DNA of 64,000 nucleotides from a candidate division WWE3 bacterium RAAC2_WWE3_1 (GCA_000503835.1 CP006914.1:465680-529679); one strand, 5' to 3'. Shown: positions 1-10,491, counted from the first letter of the stretch. Made by a program: numbers and translations. The notes: a model not told the origin generated them from the letters alone.

Positions 1-340
1 TCGAATATTCTAAATATTGACCAGCGTCTCTTATCCGAAAAATAAAAGGGCGGGAGAAACGCGCCAAGCAGTACCAAAAAGCTCACAATAATCTCGTAAT
101 TTACCGATAAAATGGGGTTGTTAGGCCTATAGATACGCAGGTAGGTATAAAGTAATCCGAAAAGGTAGTAGGACAGTGCCGCAGATACTGTCGAGACAAC
201 GACGAGGTCAAAAAACCGTTCGTCGTCGAAGCCGTCCTTGCGCGCTTCATACCACATAACGAAAATCCAAAATACGAAGCCTATCACCAGAACAAGATAC
301 ATTGTGGGGACACGAACAAGGCCGAAATTAATAATTTCCG
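1..340 (-). CDS. Probable prolipoprotein diacylglyceryl transferase-like membrane protein, N-terminal part; the gene runs off the window edge
   Basis: Hand translation of the reverse strand from ATG at 338-340 gives MLLSEIINFGLVRVPTMYLVLVIGFVFW... This is hydrophobic, with a YG/MYL-type N-terminus loosely resembling Lgt. No stop codon before the window edge. Confidence 0.35.
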
Positions 341-352
341 ATAACAGCATCT

Positions 353-904
353 TTAGGCTTTAGAAATGTACTCCCCGGAACGGGTATCTACTTTTATTTT
401 ATCCCCTATTTTTATAAATATAGGAACTTTGACAACAGTGCCGTTAGTTAGGATTGCCTCTTTCTGAACATTAGTAACAGTGTTGCCCTTGTAACCCGGC
501 TCTGTGTAACCTACTTCGAATATCAGAGATGCCGGAAGATCCACCGATATTGGCCTGTCATCAAAATATTGAACTATCGCTTTTTCTCCTTCGATCAGAA
601 AATCGGTCAATCTGCCGAGAATATCTTTGGGTATGCTAAATTGTTCAAAAGTCGTCGGATCCATAAAAACGTAACTACCGTCGTTGTATAAATATTGGGC
701 GGTTTTAGTCTGAACGTCGGCGTCCTCGACTTTCGCCGTAGCAATATATCCCTTGTCCAGCACCTGTCCTGTAATAAGATTTCTCACCCTTACTTTTACA
801 TTCGCACTTCCGCGGCTGACTTTTATGTGCTCATATTTTATGACCTGCAAAGGCTGTCCGTTCTCCTGATATATTTTCCCTGTTTTTAGATCGGTCGCTA
901 TCAT
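353..904 (-). CDS. efp: Elongation factor P
   Basis: Track ORF 353..1117. The internal Met MIATDLKTGKIYQENGQPLQVIKYEHIKVSRGSANVKVRVRNLITGQVL matches the EF-P N-terminus. The upstream in-frame extension overlaps a tRNA and is not coding. 183 aa. Confidence 0.9.
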   Translation of the reverse strand: MIATDLKTGKIYQENGQPLQVIKYEHIKVSRGSANVKVRVRNLITGQVLDKGYIATAKVEDADVQTKTAQYLYNDGSYVFMDPTTFEQFSIPKDILGRLTDFLIEGEKAIVQYFDDRPISVDLPASLIFEVGYTEPGYKGNTVTNVQKEAILTNGTVVKVPIFIKIGDKIKVDTRSGEYISKA

Positions 905-910
905 AGTTTT

Positions 911-997
911 TGGTGCCGTGGGAGAGAGTCGAACTCTCACGGGATCAGATCCCAGTGGTTTTTGAGACCACCGCGTATACCATTCCGCCACCACGGC
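911..997 (-). tRNA. tRNA-Leu (anticodon CAA), with long variable arm
   Basis: Reverse complement reads GCCGTGG..GGTCTCAAAAACC..long variable hairpin GGGATCTGATCCC..GAGAGTTCGACTCTCTC..CCACGGC-ACCA. The anticodon loop CUCAAAA gives CAA; the T-loop is GTTCGAC. Confidence 0.8.
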
Positions 998-1184
998 ATG
1001 AAACCGCCACTTCCGGCCGGCGAGTGGAATAAGAGGAAGCGCAGGCGCTCCGGCGCCGGACAAGCTCTTCTTCCGCCACGACCGCTTAAAACCGGTACCG
1101 CCCATTGCGTGGAACACACGTCAAATAGGCCCCGAACCGCTCAATTCTATCAACTTTATACATCAATTTAAAGACAAAAGGAAG

Positions 1185-2546
1185 TTATTCCTGAGTGTGA
1201 GATTCGACCTCAAAGAACCTTGTAAATTCAGATTTAAAGAACAAATCGTACTCCCCTGTGGCACCGTTCCTGTGCTTGGCAATATTAAGCTTGAGGTTAG
1301 TCCTGTCTTCCTCGTTGGGCCTGTACAAGAACATGACGACGTCGGCATCCTGCTCTATTGAACCCGAATCACGAAGGTCCGACAATTGAGGTTTTTTGTC
1401 TCCGCCCCTCTGCTCCACTGCTCTCGACAGCTGGGAAAGAGCCAAAACCGGAACCTTAAGCTCGCGGGCGAGGTTCTTTAAGCCCTGGGAGATCTCGGAT
1501 ACTTCCTGCACCCGGCTTTCGGCCTTGGGAGCCCTTATGAGCTGCAGATAATCAACTATTATCAGGTCGATCTTCTGCTCAAGCATTAGTCTTCGGGCTT
1601 TTGTACGCATTTCGAGCAGTCCTATTCCTGCTGTGTCGTCGACAAATATATTAGCTTCGGCCAGTTCACCCGCTGCGACACCATATTTTTCAAAATCTTC
1701 GTCGTCAAGATTGCCTGTGGCAATTTTCCAGTTGTCGATGCCTGCCTGAGCCGATATCATCCTGTCCACAAGCATTTCCCGCCCCATCTCCAGTGAAAAT
1801 ATTCCTATACCGCATTTTTTCTCGACAGAAGCATACTGCGCGATGTTCAGTGCAAGCGAAGTTTTACCGACAGAAGGCCGAGCGGCTAAAATAATCAGAT
1901 TTTCTTTTTGCAGACCGGACAGCAACCTATCCAAATTCTTGAGTCCTGTCGGTACGCCTCTCAGCGCCCCCCTGTTTTTGCTCAGCTCATCAAGCCTTTC
2001 AAAAGTAATCTCCAGGGTATCTTTAAGGGGTATAAAATCCTGGTACATCGCGTCCTGGGAAACTGAGTAAACTAATTGCTCGGCTCTGTCCAAAACCTCC
2101 GCTACTTCGCCTTCGTCAAAAGCCAGTTCTCCTATCTCAGCGGACGCGGAAATCAACGATCTTTTGATATAGTCATTTTTTATAAGCTTTGCATACGCCT
2201 CGATATTAGCGGCGGTGGGAACTGAATTCACAAGCTCGGTCAGATAAGAGACTCCGCCTACCGGAACAAGGAGATTTCTTCTCTTAAGTTCGCTGGGTAC
2301 CGTAATAAGATCTGCCGGTTCTCTCTTTTCGAACAACGTGAGTATTGCTTCATAAATATTTTGATGGTTTTCACGGTAAAAATGATGAGGTCTTAGGAAT
2401 TCAACCACCTTAACTATGGCGTCTTTATCCAATAAAAGAGCGCCGAGCACCGATTTCTCAGCCTGCTCGTCATGCGGAGGGACGTGTGCGCTCTGCTGCG
2501 TTACCCGCGCTCTTTCTTTTTGGTCTTTAATTCTTCTGGCGGACAT
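1185..2546 (-). CDS. dnaB: Replicative DNA helicase DnaB
   Basis: Walker A ARPSVGKTSLALNIA, the DnaB N-terminal domain and a RecA-like C-terminal domain (IIVDYLQLI, SQLSRAVEQR). Confidence 0.93.
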   Translation of the reverse strand: MSARRIKDQKERARVTQQSAHVPPHDEQAEKSVLGALLLDKDAIVKVVEFLRPHHFYRENHQNIYEAILTLFEKREPADLITVPSELKRRNLLVPVGGVSYLTELVNSVPTAANIEAYAKLIKNDYIKRSLISASAEIGELAFDEGEVAEVLDRAEQLVYSVSQDAMYQDFIPLKDTLEITFERLDELSKNRGALRGVPTGLKNLDRLLSGLQKENLIILAARPSVGKTSLALNIAQYASVEKKCGIGIFSLEMGREMLVDRMISAQAGIDNWKIATGNLDDEDFEKYGVAAGELAEANIFVDDTAGIGLLEMRTKARRLMLEQKIDLIIVDYLQLIRAPKAESRVQEVSEISQGLKNLARELKVPVLALSQLSRAVEQRGGDKKPQLSDLRDSGSIEQDADVVMFLYRPNEEDRTNLKLNIAKHRNGATGEYDLFFKSEFTRFFEVESHTQE

Positions 2547-2551
2547 TTTAT

Positions 2552-3202
2552 TTAGTGGGCAGGTTTAAGTATAACCACTTCGGTATCTTCAGGTATATCA
2601 CTTCCGGATGATATTTTAAGCTTTTCTTCTTTTTTGATGTTGTTCTCCACCCCCATCTCATCCATGAACTTGTCTATTCCCTGCAGTTCGTCAAAACCAA
2701 CAAGATCGTCGGTCTTGTAATGCATTGGCAGAACAATCCCCGGTTCTAAGGATGAAATAACTTCGGCAGCGGTTTCCGCATTTATAGTATAGGTACCGCC
2801 TATAGGTATCATTAGCACATCGACCTTGGCTACTTTTTCCAATGTGTCGGTGCTGAGCTCATGTCCCAGATCACCGAGGTGCATTAATGTAAATCCGTCG
2901 ATATCTATTACGTACATAGTCTGAGATCCTCTTTCTCCTCCTTTTTTGTCGTCATGAAATGTGGGAATCCCGTATATAAATGCCCCGTTAACTTCGTATT
3001 CTCCCGGTCCGTCTATTAACAATTTGTAGCCGGAAACGCCCGCAATGTTATGGTGGTCAAAATGATCGTGGGTAGCCAGCAAAAGATCGGCTTCCATCTT
3101 AGGAAGTTTGTAGCCTATTTTGGAGTCATAGGGGTCTATTACGATGGTGAGCTCTTTTCCCTTTATCTTAAAGCATGAGTGTCCGATGTACGTAATTTCC
3201 AT
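2552..3202 (-). CDS. Metal-dependent hydrolase, metallo-beta-lactamase fold (UPF0173 type)
   Basis: MEITYIGHSCFKI..., HDHFDHH and later His/Asp ligands; ~216 aa, typical of UPF0173. Confidence 0.75.
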   Translation of the reverse strand: MEITYIGHSCFKIKGKELTIVIDPYDSKIGYKLPKMEADLLLATHDHFDHHNIAGVSGYKLLIDGPGEYEVNGAFIYGIPTFHDDKKGGERGSQTMYVIDIDGFTLMHLGDLGHELSTDTLEKVAKVDVLMIPIGGTYTINAETAAEVISSLEPGIVLPMHYKTDDLVGFDELQGIDKFMDEMGVENNIKKEEKLKISSGSDIPEDTEVVILKPAH

Positions 3203-3324
3203 GGCTTACATCATATCAATTAAATCATTTTAAGAAAAGGCAGAGTATTTCCTTTTACAACGCTTGGGAAGGTTTGGAGCCGGGTGTTCTGTTAAAAGTG
3301 AAAGTATCATATAATCTTTTATGT

Positions 3325-4335
3325 ATGCCCAAAAAACTGCTGCCGGGAATAATAAACGACAATTTTATAAAAGTGCAGGCGGCTTTTCTTGGAGCAAATC
3401 TTATATGGGGAGCGGCCGGTGCCGTTATAAAGTACACGCTCGAATACATACCGCCTTTTACCTTTCTATACCTGCGTTTTTTGATAGTTTGCGTGATAGT
3501 TCTACCGATTACTATCTACCAATTAAAAAAAGAGCCCATACGTAAGGCCGATTACCTGAATTTTTTTCTCCTCGGACTTTTCTCGCAAACTTCACTGATC
3601 TTACCCTTTGTGGCCTTGAAATTTACCTCGGTCCTCGATTACACGATTATAGGTGTTATGGCATCGGTTTTAACTGTGTACGCAGGACATTATTTCTACA
3701 AAGATAGGATAAATAAAGGTATGAAGACAGGTCTGGTTCTGGCAAGTCTTGGTACCATACTGATAGTTTTGGAACCCATGCTTTGGGGCAACAGCGGTGC
3801 CGGCAAGGTATCGGACCGGATACTGGGCAATGTTCTCGGACTTTTCTACGCATTGACGTGGGTAATTTATGTAATATGGGCCAAATTCAGTATGGGCGGA
3901 AAATCTGGCGCACTCAAGAAAACCCTGAGTTTTATCAATATCAAACCCATGTCCGGAAAATACTCAGCCGCTACTGTCGTACTGCTCTCTTTTTATGTAG
4001 GTCTGTTTACGCTGGTGCCTTTAGCGGTATTTGAGAACTTAAATATGGGCGGCGAAAGTAATTTCACTCTTTTAAGTATAGACATTAACGGGGTGGTCGG
4101 CCTGCTGTACATGGCTGTGTTCTCATCGATAGTGGCATACTGGCTGAACCACTGGGGTCTGGAAAACGCAAAGGTGTCGGATTTTGCCATTTTCGGCTAT
4201 CTGGCGCCTGTTTTTGCTCTTCCCTTTGCTTACCTGATATTAGGCGAACTGCCCAACACATTAATGCTCGTGGGAACCGTCTTTATCGCCGCCGGGGTTG
4301 TGGTTGCTGAGAAAAACAATCGGCACGAAAGTTAA
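3325..4335 (+). CDS. EamA/DMT-family membrane transporter
   Basis: Polytopic hydrophobic protein with two EamA-like halves. The start is taken at internal MPKKLL; the track ORF begins at 3274. Confidence 0.65.
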   Translation: MPKKLLPGIINDNFIKVQAAFLGANLIWGAAGAVIKYTLEYIPPFTFLYLRFLIVCVIVLPITIYQLKKEPIRKADYLNFFLLGLFSQTSLILPFVALKFTSVLDYTIIGVMASVLTVYAGHYFYKDRINKGMKTGLVLASLGTILIVLEPMLWGNSGAGKVSDRILGNVLGLFYALTWVIYVIWAKFSMGGKSGALKKTLSFINIKPMSGKYSAATVVLLSFYVGLFTLVPLAVFENLNMGGESNFTLLSIDINGVVGLLYMAVFSSIVAYWLNHWGLENAKVSDFAIFGYLAPVFALPFAYLILGELPNTLMLVGTVFIAAGVVVAEKNNRHES

Positions 4336-4355
4336 AGGTACCGGCCGGACTTGTA

Positions 4356-4384
4356 GACATTAAAAAATATTGATATACTCGTTA
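4356..4384 (+). promoter_or_regulatory. Putative sigma70 promoter for rpmE (TTGTAG-17-TATACT)
   Basis: -35-like TTGTAG and -10 TATACT separated by 17 nt, directly upstream of rpmE. Confidence 0.35.
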
Positions 4385-4389
4385 CCGCT

Positions 4390-4716
4390 ATGAAAAAGGG
4401 AATTCATCCAAAAGTTAATAACGAATGCGTCGTAACCTGCGCCTGCGGTAATACTTTTACGACAATGTCTACCTTGCCGTCCATTTCCGTGGAAATCTGC
4501 GGCGCCTGTCACCCTTTTTACACCGGCCAAAGAAGATTTGTCGACACTGAAAAAAGAATCGACAAGTTCAACAGGAAGATGATATTGGCAGAGGAAAAGA
4601 AAAAAGCTGCCGACAAAATAAAAATTTCTAAAAAGATCCAGAAAAAGGCCCCCGGCTCAAAAGATATGAGCGTAAAAGAAATGCTCGAGCATATCAAAAA
4701 AGAAGAAGGTCAGTAG
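4390..4716 (+). CDS. rpmE: 50S ribosomal protein L31 with a Lys-rich C-terminal extension
   Basis: MKKGIHPKV...CxxC...CHPFYTGQ is the L31 signature; the extended basic tail is atypical. Confidence 0.88.
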   Translation: MKKGIHPKVNNECVVTCACGNTFTTMSTLPSISVEICGACHPFYTGQRRFVDTEKRIDKFNRKMILAEEKKKAADKIKISKKIQKKAPGSKDMSVKEMLEHIKKEEGQ

Positions 4717-4812
4717 ATCAATCCCGGAAGACCGTGTTTCCAAGCTTTATTTATGCCCCCGGGAACCGAGCCTCTTCAACAATCCCCAAGTATCTGAAAT
4801 AATGAAACTACC

Positions 4813-5757
4813 ATGGACTACTTCAACAGTTACATCAAAAATGAAATAGAAAAGATCGACACCCTAATAAAAGAGCACGAAGAAATGAAGAAAAACGCCG
4901 AAGGGGAGATGTTACAGCTCATCGAAGAGGAAATATCAAAACTGGCAGACCAGAAAAGACAGCTGGAAACTCCGCGAACCGCCGGGGAGGAAGATGCCCA
5001 GGAGGAAAGCGCCGATAACGGAAATATAAACCCTAATGTGGTTACCCTGGAAATAAGATCGGGTACCGGGGGTAACGAGGCGGGGCTTTTCGCGCGCGAC
5101 CTTTTTAGAATGTACGAACGTTTTGCGGAAAAAAAGAACTGGAAAATTATTGAAGTATTCAAGTCCGAAAACGAGATCGGGGGCATAAAGACAATCTCCG
5201 CAGAGGTTCGCGGCACTAATGCCTACGGATTGCTAAGAAACGAGTCCGGTGTTCACAGGGTACAGAGGGTTCCTGCTACCGAATCGGGCGGACGCATACA
5301 CACCTCGACGGCTACTGTGGCGGTACTTCCCAAACTTCAAAAAGTCGAGATAGAGATCCACCCCGACGATCTTGAGTGGGAATTTTTCAGGTCCGGGGGC
5401 AGGGGTGGACAGAACGTAAATAAGGTGTCCACAGCCGTGCGTCTTACCCATAAACCGACCGGCATTATAGTAGAGTGTCAGGAAGAGAGATTTCAGGGCA
5501 AAAACAGGGAAAAAGCGCTCGAAATATTAAGGTCCAGAATTTATACCGAAATGCAGGAACAGCAGGTCAAAAGCATTTCCGATTTGAGAGCGGGACAAGT
5601 TGGCTCGGGCATGAGAAACGAGAAGATTCGCACGTATAACTACCCGCAGAATAGAGTCACGGACCACCGCGTTAATAAATCATGGCACAACATTAGCCTA
5701 ATAATGGACGGTGATATAGAAGATATTCTGGAGTATTTGGACACCGGGCTTAAATAA
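4813..5757 (+). CDS. prfA: Peptide chain release factor 1
   Basis: PAT tripeptide ([17 protein letters not shown]) and the GGQ motif ([12 protein letters not shown]); an RF1-type rather than RF2-type motif. Confidence 0.9.
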   Translation: MDYFNSYIKNEIEKIDTLIKEHEEMKKNAEGEMLQLIEEEISKLADQKRQLETPRTAGEEDAQEESADNGNINPNVVTLEIRSGTGGNEAGLFARDLFRMYERFAEKKNWKIIEVFKSENEIGGIKTISAEVRGTNAYGLLRNESGVHRVQRVPATESGGRIHTSTATVAVLPKLQKVEIEIHPDDLEWEFFRSGGRGGQNVNKVSTAVRLTHKPTGIIVECQEERFQGKNREKALEILRSRIYTEMQEQQVKSISDLRAGQVGSGMRNEKIRTYNYPQNRVTDHRVNKSWHNISLIMDGDIEDILEYLDTGLK

Positions 5758-5765
5758 CTTCTTCT

Positions 5766-6944
5766 CTACTGCAAGTTCTCGGGAGCGGCTTCAATCACTG
5801 CGGTGAATAATTCTTCCTTCCCTTCTCTGTCCACGTACAATTTTAATTTGTCCCCCACCTTCATCCCGGCAATAACCTGAGACAAGGAATTTTCTCCGTC
5901 CAGAGACGTTTCATTTATTTTTGTAATAATATCCCCTCTTAAAAGGCCCGCTTTAACGGCAGGAGACCCGGGAGTCACTCTTGAGATGAAGGCGCCTACC
6001 GGCATGCCTCTTATTTCCGCAATCTCGGGTGTAATCATTGTGTAGGTGACCCCAAGATAAGGCCTGACTATACGACCTTCTTTAAGGAATCCATCAAGAA
6101 TAGGAATTAAAGTATTAACGGGAATTGCGAAACTTATATTATCAGCACCGATTGAAGTGGCGACGTTTATTCCGATAACCTGACCCGCTGAATTGACGAG
6201 CGGACCTCCTGAATTACCGGGGTTGAGCGCGGCGTCCGTCTGAATAACATTTTCATATGTTTTTACACCGCCCAAACCGCCCGTAGCCTGCAATTGTCTT
6301 GAAATACCCGAGATAACACCAACCGTAACGGTATTCTGGAATCTGCCCAGCGCATTGCCGATAGCAATTGCCATCTGCCCCACTTTGAGATTGTCGGAAT
6401 CGGCAAACTCCACCGTCGGAAGATTGCGGGCGGAAATTTCTATAATGGCAAGATCCGAAGGTTCATCTAAGTTTATCCTGTTCACCTCGTATGTCTTGCC
6501 GTCCTTGGTCACAACGGTATATTCACCGCTCGGGTCGTCAACAACGTGGCTGTTGGTAACGATCAGTCCGTTGCGGTCTACTATAAATCCTGTCCCGATA
6601 CCCTGATCGCTGGTCGTCGGCCCGCTGAAAAAATCAAAGTTCACCGTCTTAACAACTATTGAAACAACAGCCGGGGAGGTCTTATCCACGGCATCGATAA
6701 CCGTAGATTCCTCGTTCACGACCTGTTGGCGTGTAACTACTTTGGGGGAAGAATAGCGCGAACCGTCCTTTTTAAAAATATTGAGGAACTTTTCTGAAAG
6801 AGATGACAGCAGTTCGGAATCAGCCAAACCTGCTCTGTTAAGTAAGGCTCTCTCGCCGTTATACCTGTCGTCAAGTATTAAAAGAATAGAAATAAAGAAT
6901 ATAAGCCAAACGATTCCGATCAATGTTCTTGAAGGTTTTTTCAT
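5766..6944 (-). CDS. htrA: HtrA/DegP-family serine protease with a PDZ domain
   Basis: Trypsin-like catalytic motif GNSGGPLVN, N-terminal TM anchor, C-terminal PDZ. Confidence 0.85.
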   Translation of the reverse strand: MKKPSRTLIGIVWLIFFISILLILDDRYNGERALLNRAGLADSELLSSLSEKFLNIFKKDGSRYSSPKVVTRQQVVNEESTVIDAVDKTSPAVVSIVVKTVNFDFFSGPTTSDQGIGTGFIVDRNGLIVTNSHVVDDPSGEYTVVTKDGKTYEVNRINLDEPSDLAIIEISARNLPTVEFADSDNLKVGQMAIAIGNALGRFQNTVTVGVISGISRQLQATGGLGGVKTYENVIQTDAALNPGNSGGPLVNSAGQVIGINVATSIGADNISFAIPVNTLIPILDGFLKEGRIVRPYLGVTYTMITPEIAEIRGMPVGAFISRVTPGSPAVKAGLLRGDIITKINETSLDGENSLSQVIAGMKVGDKLKLYVDREGKEELFTAVIEAAPENLQ

Positions 6945-6976
6945 AGCAATTTCCTCCTTGCTGAACCTGAATTTTA

Positions 6977-8194
6977 CTACAGCTCATTAGCCATCTCAAG
7001 AGCGGCATCCAGCTGGGGATCTTTTAAGTCTTTTATGTCCTGCTCCGTTACTTCTACCACCACATCAGGCTCTATGCCGACCTTGTGAACCCATACCTTG
7101 TCGGGGGTAAGCCACTTTGCGATCGTTATATGCACTCCCGAACCGTCATCGAAATCCCGGGCGTCTTGTATAGTCCCTTTCCCGAACGATTTTGTTCCGA
7201 TAAGTTTCGCGTTAACCTGTGATTTCAGGGCAGCCGCGAGAATCTCTGAAGCAGAAGCACTGCCCCCGTCTATCAGCACATACACTCTGGGAACATCTTT
7301 AAAACTTCCTGCTGCATCAGAATTTAACGGGGTCTGATTTCCGGTGGCATCTTCCTGGTACAACACGGGCTTTCCTCCGAAAAATTCACTTGAAATATGG
7401 GCGGCGGACAGCAAATATCCCCCGGGATTGCCTCTCACATCTATTATTATCGAGTCCAGCTCCCTCATACCTACGGCGATTTCATTGACAGCGGTGTCCC
7501 ATTCTTTATTGGTCTCCCCTCCGAACCTGCTAATCCTAATGTAAGCTGTACCTTCGCCCATATCTTTCCAGCTCACGCTGGCAATCCTGATAATGTCTCT
7601 GCGTAAAGAAATTTCGCGCGGGGCATCGTTTCCGGTCTGAATTGTTAATTTCACTTCCGTGCCGGCATTTCCTCTTATTTTCGCGACTGCTTCCGTGATA
7701 CTCATCCCGATCGTCATTTCGTCTTCTATCGATAATATTTTGTCTCCGGGGAGCAGTCCTGCGGCCTTGGCAGGCGAACCGTCCAAAGGAGAGACAATGA
7801 TAAGCTGATTATCTTTCTGTCCCAGCTCAGCCCCGATACCCTGATACTTTCCGTCCAGCTGTTCGTTAAGATTTTTATTGATCACGGGAGGTAAAAAAGA
7901 GGTGTAGGGGTCGCCCAGAGACGAGACCATCCCCTGTATAGCGCCGTAAAGCATTTTTTCTGCATCGACCGGCCTTTCGAGATAATCCTTGCTCACAATG
8001 TCCCAGACTTCCCAGAATAATGAAAAATCCACTTCCCTACTCCCCGGATATTGGTTCTTAATTTCAATTTTCGGAGGATTCTTCCTTACTTCAAAAATAT
8101 AACCGCTCTTGCCAAAATAATAACCTCCGTAAAAAAAGCCTACGGCTATAAGGATCGTAATTAAAAAACGCTGGAACTTTTCGAAAGGACTCAT
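6977..8194 (-). CDS. ctpA: C-terminal processing (tail-specific) peptidase, S41 family
   Basis: PDZ domain plus the S41 catalytic region (IDGGSASASEILAAAL, LIGTKSFGKG). Confidence 0.85.
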   Translation of the reverse strand: MSPFEKFQRFLITILIAVGFFYGGYYFGKSGYIFEVRKNPPKIEIKNQYPGSREVDFSLFWEVWDIVSKDYLERPVDAEKMLYGAIQGMVSSLGDPYTSFLPPVINKNLNEQLDGKYQGIGAELGQKDNQLIIVSPLDGSPAKAAGLLPGDKILSIEDEMTIGMSITEAVAKIRGNAGTEVKLTIQTGNDAPREISLRRDIIRIASVSWKDMGEGTAYIRISRFGGETNKEWDTAVNEIAVGMRELDSIIIDVRGNPGGYLLSAAHISSEFFGGKPVLYQEDATGNQTPLNSDAAGSFKDVPRVYVLIDGGSASASEILAAALKSQVNAKLIGTKSFGKGTIQDARDFDDGSGVHITIAKWLTPDKVWVHKVGIEPDVVVEVTEQDIKDLKDPQLDAALEMANEL

Positions 8195-8202
8195 AACTTT
8201 TT

Positions 8203-9204
8203 CTATTCGATAATGTAAAAATTCGGCAAATCAATCTCTACCGGACCAAGCTCATTATCAAACCTTACAAATATACTAGATACTGAAACTCTGTCAATTA
8301 CTCCGATCTTTCCGAAATGGGGCTTTTGCAATACCTGCACTTTTTGTCCTTTCATCACTTTCTTTATGACCTTGAGCGGAGATTTTTTCTTTTTTGACGG
8401 GACGGTTTCTTCTTCAGTGCCGGACATCGGGATACGCAGAACCCCCAAATCTCCGTGGAAAAACACATGTCTGTACGCCACGGAATTGAGCAACTTATAA
8501 ATGAAATCGGGGGTTTCCAGCCTGCCGAAGCCGGACAACACCCCAAGACCCATGTTCACGGATTTTGCAAAGGAAAAGCCCGTAGGATCGGCGCTTCCGG
8601 CTATTATAGCCGAGATCTTCAGATCGTGCGCCTTCTTTATGGTCTCCGTATCGGCGTGGTGACCGATATAAACAATTTTTCCTTCGGTGGTTTTTATAAA
8701 ACTTTCCAGATAGAACTTTTCCAGGATCTCGGTAGGGTTTGGAAAAACCACGAGCTCTCCGAAGGAGAAATTACTCGTACAGGCTACGAGATCGATTTCC
8801 GTTACGGTAGTTTTGATTAAAACAGAGCTTTCGGGAACCACATCACTTACCTCTCCCCACAAACCGGACAAAAGTGTGTATTTCGCCGGCACGTCCTCGA
8901 AGAAATATTCTTCCGAAGAAGCATCAAAACTCATATAGCCGTTCGATTCGGCCTCGATCTTTTTAGTACCAAGTTTTCCCAGTAGGTTGCCTTTTTGAAA
9001 ATAGACCTTTTCCCGCAAAAATTTCACAGGTGCGAACTCTTTCGGAAAGTAAACCGTGTTCGGCGAATACAAACAGTCTCCTAATTTTTGGAAAGGTTCC
9101 AGTTTGTCTCCTTTTTGAACAAATAAGTTACCCTTACTGGGTAAATACCTTTCTACCATAACGGTCTTGTTTTCAACTATTTTTCTAATAATAGGCGCCA
9201 GCAT
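8203..9204 (-). CDS. Hypothetical protein with a C-terminal KOW-like motif
   Basis: 333-aa ORF, 3 nt from the next gene. The C-terminus KGQKVQVLQKPHFGKIGVIDRV is KOW-like; no other recognisable domain. Confidence 0.45.
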   Translation of the reverse strand: MLAPIIRKIVENKTVMVERYLPSKGNLFVQKGDKLEPFQKLGDCLYSPNTVYFPKEFAPVKFLREKVYFQKGNLLGKLGTKKIEAESNGYMSFDASSEEYFFEDVPAKYTLLSGLWGEVSDVVPESSVLIKTTVTEIDLVACTSNFSFGELVVFPNPTEILEKFYLESFIKTTEGKIVYIGHHADTETIKKAHDLKISAIIAGSADPTGFSFAKSVNMGLGVLSGFGRLETPDFIYKLLNSVAYRHVFFHGDLGVLRIPMSGTEEETVPSKKKKSPLKVIKKVMKGQKVQVLQKPHFGKIGVIDRVSVSSIFVRFDNELGPVEIDLPNFYIIE

Positions 9205-9206
9205 TG

Positions 9207-10208
9207 TTAAATTCCCTTGACGGCCTCCTCAATCTCCCTCATGAACACGTTCATTATTTTTATGTCCGAGATAAGTTGGGTGCGGACTTCGCGGGTATCG
9301 AAAAGCAGACCCAAAGTTCCCCCTACTACTCCGCCCTCAAGGTTACCTATCGACTTATTTTTCACGCTCAACTTAGTGGTAATTGAATTATCCAGGGGAA
9401 TAGCAAAAACTGAGCTCTTTTTAATATCGAAGAACTGGCCGGTATCCAGAGCCGTAGAGAGCAACACTTCGGTATCCCCCGGCACAATAGCGAAAGTGCC
9501 GACATTTTCAATGATTTGTGAAGTGTCCACATTAATATTCGGGTTATATTCTTTTATGAGCTGAGCTAAAAGAACGGCATTATTTTTATCGATCTTTACA
9601 TAGTAGTAGCCCGGACTGTCAAAAAGATCCAAGGCTAAAGAATATTTGAATACGGTTTCGTAGTCACGGCGGGCAAAACGGTCGCCCGTAAATACCACGG
9701 GTTTGTCGGACGTTAACTTAATCCCGGCTTTTTTAACTTTGTCTATTATGAGACCATCGAGACTTACCTGATCGTTGTAATCTCTGGTTATAAGCTGGGG
9801 GTAGATGGAGATATTGGCGAAGTACTCGTTGTTCGTTACAAAATCGATCGGAACCTGGGAAAGCACGCTGTCTTTAGTCATCACCGCACTCTCGTCTACC
9901 AGCACAGGAAAATTTCCGTCGTATTTGGAGAGAAGATCACGTACGTCTGCCATCAACTTTATATTCAGATCCTGTAAGGGGAAACTCACTATACCGGTCA
10001 TCAGTACGTCAAAATCGGCAAGCTTTACCTTGTTTTCTTTTGCGATGCCGTCAAGTACCTGTGTATAGAAAAAGTTCTCATCGCAGACGCTTGAGAAAAG
10101 TTCACGTGAGTAAGAATAGGGAAATCGCTGAAAACCAAAGGAACCGTCCTGCTTTTCCAAGGCAACACTCACACCTGAATAACCAATATAGGCAGCTAAA
10201 ACGGGCAT
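9207..10208 (-). CDS. Hypothetical protein, possibly an actin-like (ASKHA-fold) ATPase
   Basis: An N-terminal glycine-rich phosphate-1-like segment (AAYIGYSGVSVAL) and a C-terminal GGVVGGTLGLL adenosine-motif-like segment. Weak. Confidence 0.4.
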   Translation of the reverse strand: MPVLAAYIGYSGVSVALEKQDGSFGFQRFPYSYSRELFSSVCDENFFYTQVLDGIAKENKVKLADFDVLMTGIVSFPLQDLNIKLMADVRDLLSKYDGNFPVLVDESAVMTKDSVLSQVPIDFVTNNEYFANISIYPQLITRDYNDQVSLDGLIIDKVKKAGIKLTSDKPVVFTGDRFARRDYETVFKYSLALDLFDSPGYYYVKIDKNNAVLLAQLIKEYNPNINVDTSQIIENVGTFAIVPGDTEVLLSTALDTGQFFDIKKSSVFAIPLDNSITTKLSVKNKSIGNLEGGVVGGTLGLLFDTREVRTQLISDIKIMNVFMREIEEAVKGI

Positions 10209-10220
10209 GAATATATATTA

Positions 10221-10478
10221 TCAGATGGCGTGTCTGTCTGTATACTGGATTAGCCCCATGTATCTGGCTTTTTTGACTTCCTGAGCAAGCTTTCTTTGGT
10301 GCCTGGACATCAGACCCGAGTACTTTTGAGGGATAATTTTACCCCTGTCACTGATGAACCGTCTCAGCACCAGAGCCTCTTTGTAATCAGGCTTGGTTCC
10401 TGTCTGGGTGAAATAACACTCGGTATTCCTTTTCATCCTTCTTGGTTGTTTAGTTGTTGTTCTTTTTCTTAGTGCCAT
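10221..10478 (-). CDS. rpsR: 30S ribosomal protein S18
   Basis: CYFTQTG...PDYKEALVLRRFISDRGKIIPQKYSG is the S18 signature. Confidence 0.9.
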   Translation of the reverse strand: MALRKRTTTKQPRRMKRNTECYFTQTGTKPDYKEALVLRRFISDRGKIIPQKYSGLMSRHQRKLAQEVKKARYMGLIQYTDRHAI

Positions 10479-10491
10479 ATCTTGTTAACTT

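Noticed and set aside
353-1117. Full-length 254-aa ORF as EF-P with an N-terminal extension
   Set aside because: The first 71 codons overlap a well-formed tRNA-Leu on the same strand. EF-P homology starts at the internal Met (MIATDLKTGK...).
4830-5216. Antisense ORFs inside prfA and many other genes (for example 1843-2070, 7098-7337, 19506-19709, 47539-47736, 50535-51071)
   Set aside because: They lie fully within well-supported genes on the opposite strand and have low-complexity or biased composition, typical of shadow ORFs.
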